In this document: piece by piece, positions 58,608 through 64,000 of the stretch
Numbering within the stretch: the stretch's first letter is position 1
Layout: every line of letters starts with the position of its first letter
Origin: Aliagarivorans taiwanensis DSM 22990
GTDB taxonomy: Bacteria; Pseudomonadota; Gammaproteobacteria; Enterobacterales; Celerinatantimonadaceae
Reading direction: 5' to 3'
Assembly: GCF_000429505.1 (NCBI RefSeq)
Contig: NZ_AUBZ01000013.1
Span: 3,545 to 67,544, forward strand
DNA length: 64,000 nt
Program-made: the position numbers and the translations under genes
Notes under the pieces: generated by a model
What the model was told of the DNA's origin: nothing
The model's database searches: none
Seen by the model: only the letters and a program-made list of their open reading frames with translations

Positions 58608-60158
58608 TTAAACAACGCCTAACTTTTTCCCTAGTCGGTACAGGTTGCCCCGGTCCATCTGTAAGCTGCGTGCCGCTTGCGCCCATACACCGTCATGCTG
58701 GGCCAAGGCCTGTTCAATCAAGCGTTTTTGATAGTCCTCGATGGCACGCCGAAACCCCTGCTCAGGTACGCTCGCAATGCTGGCGGAAAGGCTCGGGTTT
58801 ACCTGCTGCAGACCAAGGTGGCGCTGGGTGATCACCTGCTCGCCTTGCTGGATGGCACTCAGGGCTGCGCGCATTAGGCAGTGCTCTAACTCGCGCACAT
58901 TGCCCGGCCAGCCCTGCTGCTCTAGAAGAGTAAGGCAGCGTGGCTGGATGTGTAGCTGCGGGGCATGGAATTGGGTGCGTACCTTGTCGAGTAGGTGACC
59001 TGCCAGCAGTGGAGTATCGCCATCTCGCTCGCGCAGCGGTGGGAGCTGAATGGGGAAGACATGCAAGCGGTGGTAGAGATCCGCGCGGAAGCGGCCCTGC
59101 TCAACCTCATGTTGTAGATCGCGGTTGGTGGCGGCGATAATCCGAACGTTAACGTGCTTGAGCTTGTCGGCGCCCACTCGCTGCACTTCCCCTTGCTGCA
59201 GCACCCTTAGCAGTTTGGCTTGCAGCAATAGCGGCAGTTCACCGATTTCATCGAGAAACAGGGTGCCTTCGTCTGCCAATTCAAACTTGCCCGGGCGATG
59301 GGAAGTCGCGCCAGTAAACGCGCCCTTCACGTGCCCGAACAGCTCACTTTCGGCCAGCGACGCGGGTAATGCCGCACAGTTGACTTGAATCATCGGTTTG
59401 TCGCTGCGATTAGATTGGGCATGCAGCAGATGGGCGACCAGCTCCTTGCCGGTGCCGGTCTCACCGCTAATCAGCACTGCAAAGTCTGAGGGGGCGACCG
59501 TGGCGATACTGCGCTGCAGCTGCTGCATCTGAGGGCTGTTCCCCACCAGCTCACCCTGTTGGGCGCGGGCTTGCTCTATCAGCAACTGGTTGATGCTGTG
59601 CTGATGGCGGTTGCTGCTGCGCAGGGCCTCAATCAGGGTGACATTGCGCACATTGGCCGCAGCAAGGGCGGCAATGGTCGAAATAGTCACTTCTGAGACC
59701 TGGCTAAACGCGCCCACTTCCATTGCATCGAGGGTGATCGCGCCAACCAGTTCATCTTCCACGTACAGGCTACAACCAAGACAGTCATGCACATCCAGCT
59801 CGCCATCGGGCATGCCTTCGACCAACCCATCGAAGGGGTCGGGCAGGGGAGAGTCGGCTTCAAAACGCACCGGCGCGCGACTCGCTAGGATTGCTGCCAG
59901 TCTTGGGTGGGCGGTCGGCTCAAAGCGCCGACCCAATATCGCGGGAGACAGGCCACTGATTGCCACGGGCACCAAGCTTTTGTGGGCATCCAAAATAAAC
60001 AGGGCGCTGGCGTCGCTGGGTAAGACTTGATTGAGCGAATCGAGTAGGCGCTGATAGTGCTCGCCCTGTGGCAGTTGGGCACTGAGGTCAACGGCGAGCT
60101 GCAGTAAGAGGGTGTCAATGGAGTTCGCTGGCATGGCAATACTGTTGGAAAATGACAT
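58608..60158 (-). CDS. norR: sigma54-dependent NO-responsive transcriptional regulator (GAF + AAA+ + HTH)
   Basis: Start at MSFSNS. GAF domain, sigma54-interaction motifs [14 protein letters not shown] and ESELFGH, and a C-terminal HTH. Collinear with E. coli NorR. Confidence 0.85.
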   Translation of the reverse strand: MSFSNSIAMPANSIDTLLLQLAVDLSAQLPQGEHYQRLLDSLNQVLPSDASALFILDAHKSLVPVAISGLSPAILGRRFEPTAHPRLAAILASRAPVRFEADSPLPDPFDGLVEGMPDGELDVHDCLGCSLYVEDELVGAITLDAMEVGAFSQVSEVTISTIAALAAANVRNVTLIEALRSSNRHQHSINQLLIEQARAQQGELVGNSPQMQQLQRSIATVAPSDFAVLISGETGTGKELVAHLLHAQSNRSDKPMIQVNCAALPASLAESELFGHVKGAFTGATSHRPGKFELADEGTLFLDEIGELPLLLQAKLLRVLQQGEVQRVGADKLKHVNVRIIAATNRDLQHEVEQGRFRADLYHRLHVFPIQLPPLRERDGDTPLLAGHLLDKVRTQFHAPQLHIQPRCLTLLEQQGWPGNVRELEHCLMRAALSAIQQGEQVITQRHLGLQQVNPSLSASIASVPEQGFRRAIEDYQKRLIEQALAQHDGVWAQAARSLQMDRGNLYRLGKKLGVV

Positions 60159-60263
60159 CAAGGTGCCGAGCATTATAGCTAGATGTTGTAAAAAACACAT
60201 CGCTGTGTATTGGTTTATCGATGGTGTTTTATCTAAACCATTGAAATATTAGAGTTTAAAACT

Positions 60264-60279
60264 TGGCCTAGATCATGCT
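60264..60279 (+). promoter_or_regulatory. sigma54 (-24/-12) promoter upstream of nnrS
   Basis: TGGCCtagatcaTGCT matches the TGGCAC-N5-TTGCW spacing (GG at -24, GC at -12). Lies in the divergent norR-nnrS intergenic region. Confidence 0.55.
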
Positions 60280-60349
60280 GTATCGAACATACTTTACACT
60301 TACTACGCTATCAGCGAGCGCGAACAAACGCATCGTTCAGGAGTCACCC

Positions 60350-61534
60350 TTGCTAAACATTGTTGATCGAAGCAACGAAGAACAGATCCCACCCTTTTTA
60401 CGCCTAGGCTTTCGGCCCTTCTTTGCCCTTGCTGGCATCTACGCGGTGCTGGCTATCGGCTTATGGCTGCATATGTGGACTGGCGGGCCACTGCCGGGGC
60501 TGCAGGTCGACCCGCTATGGTGGCATGTGCATGAGATGATCTTTGGCTTTGCCATGGCGGTTGTGGTGGGCTTTGTGCTAACCGCCGTGCAAACCTGGAC
60601 CGGACAGCCCGGCACTAAATCCTGGCGACTGTTACTATTGATTGGTCTTTGGCTCGCCCCACGCGTATTGCTGTGGCTGCCCGTGCCGCTTTGGCTGACG
60701 TCCTCCGTAGAGGGGCTGTTCTTATTGGTGGCCTGTTGGGAGGTAGGTAGCCGCGTTGTGAAGGCCAAAGGTTGGCGAAACCTGTTCTTTGTGCCGCTGT
60801 TTTTGCTGGCTATCGTGGCGAACTTTGCAAGCTATGCCGCATTGAAAGGCCTTCCACCCTTCAGTGTACAGGCGGTGTGGCAGGCAATGCTCTGGTGGTT
60901 TGCTATCCTGTTGTCGGTGATGGGAGGCCGGGTGATCCCCTTCTTCACTGCCCGGCGCTTTGATTTTGCCAAGCCTCCTGCGCTGTGGTGGTTGGAATGG
61001 GGAGCTACCCTCCCTCTTATCGCATTGCTACTGCTAAGCTTTTTTCCCTTGGTTTACCTCAATCTATCGGCCTGGCTAATGGTGGTTGCTGGCGTGTGTC
61101 AGCTGCTGCGCTGCCTGCGTTGGAAAAGTTGGCGCACCTTCTCGGAGTCTTTGGTGTGGTCGCTGCACATTGCTTACTGGTGTCTGCCACTGAGCCTGCT
61201 GGTACGGGGGCTGAGTAGCAATGCCTTTGTGGCCCATAGCTTTATCCACCTGTTTGCCATCGGCGCCTTGGGTGGGCTGATCCTAGCGATGATGGCGCGG
61301 GTGAGCATGGGGCATACCGGGCGTGAGATCTACAAGGGCCCCGTGATGTGGCCAGCCTATGCTGCCTTGTTTGCCGCGGCCGCGATTCGTACTGTAGGCG
61401 TTGCGCTAATGCCTGCTGCGCTGGTCACGCTGGTGCAAGTTGCAGGGGTTCTATGGATGTTTGCCTTTATCTGGTTTGTCTGGCGCTTTGTTCCGATGCT
61501 GGGTCAGCCGCGGGTGGATGGTCACCCGGGCTAG
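60350..61534 (+). CDS. nnrS: NnrS-family heme-copper membrane protein (NO stress response)
   Basis: Probable TTG start at 60350 preceded by AGGAG. Conserved FLRLGFRPFF N-terminal motif and about 12 TM helices. The ORF-track start at 60275 would lie inside the promoter. Confidence 0.7.
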   Translation: MLNIVDRSNEEQIPPFLRLGFRPFFALAGIYAVLAIGLWLHMWTGGPLPGLQVDPLWWHVHEMIFGFAMAVVVGFVLTAVQTWTGQPGTKSWRLLLLIGLWLAPRVLLWLPVPLWLTSSVEGLFLLVACWEVGSRVVKAKGWRNLFFVPLFLLAIVANFASYAALKGLPPFSVQAVWQAMLWWFAILLSVMGGRVIPFFTARRFDFAKPPALWWLEWGATLPLIALLLLSFFPLVYLNLSAWLMVVAGVCQLLRCLRWKSWRTFSESLVWSLHIAYWCLPLSLLVRGLSSNAFVAHSFIHLFAIGALGGLILAMMARVSMGHTGREIYKGPVMWPAYAALFAAAAIRTVGVALMPAALVTLVQVAGVLWMFAFIWFVWRFVPMLGQPRVDGHPG

Positions 61535-61888
61535 CGAGCCCTTGCTTGTTATCAAAGTGATAGCTCACGAAACAAATGTGACAATTAAGTAAATACTTGA
61601 AAGAGCGCAAACTTCTCCACTTTTGCTATCTACAGCGTTTATAGCCTTGATTAGACTGGCTTAGGTGTTCGTTATATCAGTAACGAATATCTCAGCCTTC
61701 CTCTTAGTGATTGTGCAGCCTTGCTGCGTTGTCTTTCTGATGTTTTGAAGCGGGCTAACTGGCTCCCCGGTAAGGAGCCTGGCAGCGCGTAACCCTTCAT
61801 CTTTCAAATAATTAGAAGCGTGCCCGCATGCCTACTGGTGCCTAAGTTCACTTGGGCAACACTAACTATACAAACGGGAAAGGAAGAC

Positions 61889-64000
61889 ATGAGAAAAACA
61901 AGGCTGGCCGTCTTAACGATGGCCATGGTCGCTTGTGCCCATTCGCATGCACAAATCGCGGCGACCCATATCTACCATAATCACATGCCCAACTTCTGGC
62001 CTTACTACGACGTAGAGCAGTACCAGAACCTCAATGTGGGCGACCCCATCCGCTACACCTACGATGGCCAGGTCATCGAATTGAAAAACAACCCACCACC
62101 GGGCTACACCTTCTACATCCCGGGCAGCGGCCAACCGATGCCCCACGATGATTTGGTGGCGTACTACTCCCATCATGCCAAGACCGGCGCGTATCTGAGC
62201 TGGCCAATGGATACCGCCAGAAATAACAACGGTGCCCATCCGCTTAGCCAGACCCACGTGACCATGTCGGCGTCGGTGATTAACAATGTTCAGAGCTTCG
62301 CTGAGCTGGGGAATCTTAGTGGTTATAACCTTGGTTGGGGAAACTACTGGCGTGAGACCCAACAGGGCACCAAAACCACCAATGGTTATAACGCGCTGGA
62401 TACCATCCACTTTAGCGGCCACCACACCATGGGCCCGCTGGTGGGCAATGATTACTTCCTCAAGGATTTGATCTACCAGAATGCCACTTTGGCGCAGGAC
62501 TACTTCCTCGGTGACAGCTTCCGCTCTTCCAAAGGCTTTTTCCCCACCGAGCTGGGTTTCTCAGACCGGATAATCCCGGTGCTGAACAAGCTGGGCATCG
62601 AGTGGTCGGTGCTGGGGAACGTGCATTATTCGCGCACTCTGCGTGACTACCCCTATCTGAATCAGCCCGGGGTGGATACCATGATCTCCCCGCCAAACCG
62701 GGCCGATCTGCGTAACACCAGCGATATTGGTGAATGGGTATCGATCCCGATGTTCAATGAACAGCAGGTCACCCAGAACAAGTTCCCCTTTGCCTCCATT
62801 CCCCACTGGGTGCAGTACGTCGACCCAGACAGTGGTGAAGCGTTTCGGGTTGCCGGTATTCCGGTCGAGCAAGCCAGCTCGTGGGAAGAAGGCTATCAGG
62901 GCAGCGTAAGCGCCGATGTGCTGAAAAGCTTTGTGGGTGATGCCGACAGCCTGGGCCGTCGTCAGTACTTTGTGATTGCCCACGATGGCGATAACTCCTC
63001 TGGCCGCGCCGGCGATGGCGGCACCTGGGCCAACTCGGGCAATGTCACCTACGCCGATGGTGCAGTTACCGGTATGGGGGTTGAAGAGTACCTGCGTGCT
63101 TATCCCATCCCTGACGATGATGTGGTTCATGTGCAGGACGGCTCATGGATTGATACCCGTGACTCTTCGGCGGATCCCACTTGGTACCACTGGCATATTC
63201 CGATGGGGGTATGGGCCGGGCAGATGAGCGACTTCAATTCTGCCCACGCCAGTGACTATGTGGCCACGCGCCAGCATATGGTGTCGCTGGAGCTAGGCTA
63301 TCACTACCTTGAACGTAACTTCGCGCTGCTACAGGCCGCCGAGAACTACGCGAAAACCGCCGAGCAGATCTGGCTGGATGACAATCCCAACCACTGGCAG
63401 CCCACCACCCAGATGGACCACGAGATCACCTATCCGGGTAACCAGCTCAACCCGTGGATGATGTCCTATCCGGTGAAAGGCGATGCCAACAACAACTACG
63501 CCGGTGGTGCCAACCCGGCAGAGCTTGGCTGGTACTTCCTGATTGCGGCCATCGACTCTGGCTTTGGCTACTACGACGAGAACGTTGATGATGGTGTTAA
63601 GCCCACCATCTCGTTTAATCAATCGCTGTACTTTAGCGAGCCCTATGTAGAGCAAAACAAAGGCAAGGACCGCACCGGACCATCGGTGTGGTGGCCACAG
63701 CGTTATCCCTACAACCCGGGCAGTGCCAACAAGAGCAAGGCCGAAGGTTGGGCGGAGATCTACGCCGACACCACCTTTGCCATCTACACCTATGCCTTTG
63801 ATGCCAGCGGCATCAGCGATATTCAGGTGAAGATCCGCCCGCACACCAACAAGTGGGCCGATGCGACCGACAAAACCTACAAGCTTTACGATCCGGCCGC
63901 CCACGCCTCTGACCCTAACGTTGACCCATCCCGGGTGGGCGAGTGGAGCAGCTTCCCGCTAACCGAGCGTGATTTGACGCCGGATATCAATGGCGTTAGC
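61889..64000 (+). CDS. large secreted protein, 5' portion (continues beyond window end); function unknown, possibly carbohydrate-active
   Basis: ATG at 61889 preceded by GGAAAGGAAG. Signal peptide MRKTRLAVLTMAMVACAHSHAQ. Open frame continues with no stop to position 64000 (more than 700 aa), starting HIYHNHMPNFWPYYD. Confidence 0.6.
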   Translation, partial: MRKTRLAVLTMAMVACAHSHAQIAATHIYHNHMPNFWPYYDVEQYQNLNVGDPIRYTYDGQVIELKNNPPPGYTFYIPGSGQPMPHDDLVAYYSHHAKTGAYLSWPMDTARNNNGAHPLSQTHVTMSASVINNVQSFAELGNLSGYNLGWGNYWRETQQGTKTTNGYNALDTIHFSGHHTMGPLVGNDYFLKDLIYQNATLAQDYFLGDSFRSSKGFFPTELGFSDRIIPVLNKLGIEWSVLGNVHYSRTLRDYPYLNQPGVDTMISPPNRADLRNTSDIGEWVSIPMFNEQQVTQNKFPFASIPHWVQYVDPDSGEAFRVAGIPVEQASSWEEGYQGSVSADVLKSFVGDADSLGRRQYFVIAHDGDNSSGRAGDGGTWANSGNVTYADGAVTGMGVEEYLRAYPIPDDDVVHVQDGSWIDTRDSSADPTWYHWHIPMGVWAGQMSDFNSAHASDYVATRQHMVSLELGYHYLERNFALLQAAENYAKTAEQIWLDDNPNHWQPTTQMDHEITYPGNQLNPWMMSYPVKGDANNNYAGGANPAELGWYFLIAAIDSGFGYYDENVDDGVKPTISFNQSLYFSEPYVEQNKGKDRTGPSVWWPQRYPYNPGSANKSKAEGWAEIYADTTFAIYTYAFDASGISDIQVKIRPHTNKWADATDKTYKLYDPAAHASDPNVDPSRVGEWSSFPLTERDLTPDINGVS

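Noticed and set aside
61913-63904. Minus-strand ORFs 61913..62425, 62561..63130 and 63329..63904.
   Set aside because: They lie antisense to a long uninterrupted plus-strand ORF that has a signal peptide and RBS. The plus-strand reading is far more gene-like.
1-64000. Looked for CRISPR arrays, tRNA/rRNA genes, integrases or transposases, toxin-antitoxin pairs and restriction-modification genes.
   Set aside because: No regularly spaced direct repeats, no tRNA cloverleaf candidates (no GTTCGAATC-type T-arms), and no recombinase or transposase-like ORFs were seen. The window appears to be core chromosome, not a classical mobile island.

Overview
This 64 kb window is a gene-dense (~58% GC) gammaproteobacterial chromosomal segment. 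Gene content suggests an Aeromonas/Shewanella/Vibrio-like organism, but this is inferred, not verified. No tRNA, rRNA, CRISPR array, transposase or integrase genes were seen.

Left to right, the window contains:
- a 2-aminoethylphosphonate (AEP) uptake and degradation locus (phnX partial, phnW, a phnS/T/UV-type ABC importer, a GntR regulator), carrying two extra class-III-aminotransferase-fold paralogs, a cytoplasmic GH13-family enzyme and a membrane cytochrome c;
- housekeeping genes lpxH, ppiB and cysS;
- an 11-copy heptanucleotide tandem repeat just upstream of an uncharacterised DUF2868-like membrane protein and a DUF3482-type GTPase;
- a secreted animal-type alpha-amylase with tandem C-terminal modules;
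- a frameshifted class-I lyase, a DcuC transporter, a MurR/RpiR regulator and a secreted GH8 hydrolase;
- ribB with a textbook FMN riboswitch.

The most interesting block lies at about 30.3-39.3 kb: a co-directional four-gene module encoding an NfeD/YqiJ-like OB-fold membrane protein, a 718-aa flotillin (SPFH), a 1637-aa protein with a long coiled coil and a C-terminal AAA+ P-loop domain, and a TelA-like protein. This architecture has no characterised function and is the best candidate for an undescribed system.

Downstream are:
- an orphan prepilin-like gene;
- a frameshifted ExeM/NucH extracellular nuclease;
- two spondin_N-like lipoprotein paralogs (the second frameshifted);
- an OmpR/histidine-kinase pair;
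- PagL-like, patatin-like, K+ channel and oxalate/formate-antiporter-family (OFA) MFS genes;
- tig-clpP-clpX;
- a methyl-accepting chemotaxis protein (MCP);
- a GGCT/AIG2-family gene split by a ~265 bp MITE-like insertion with 16-bp terminal inverted repeats and TA duplication;
- norR-nnrS;
- a large partial secreted protein.
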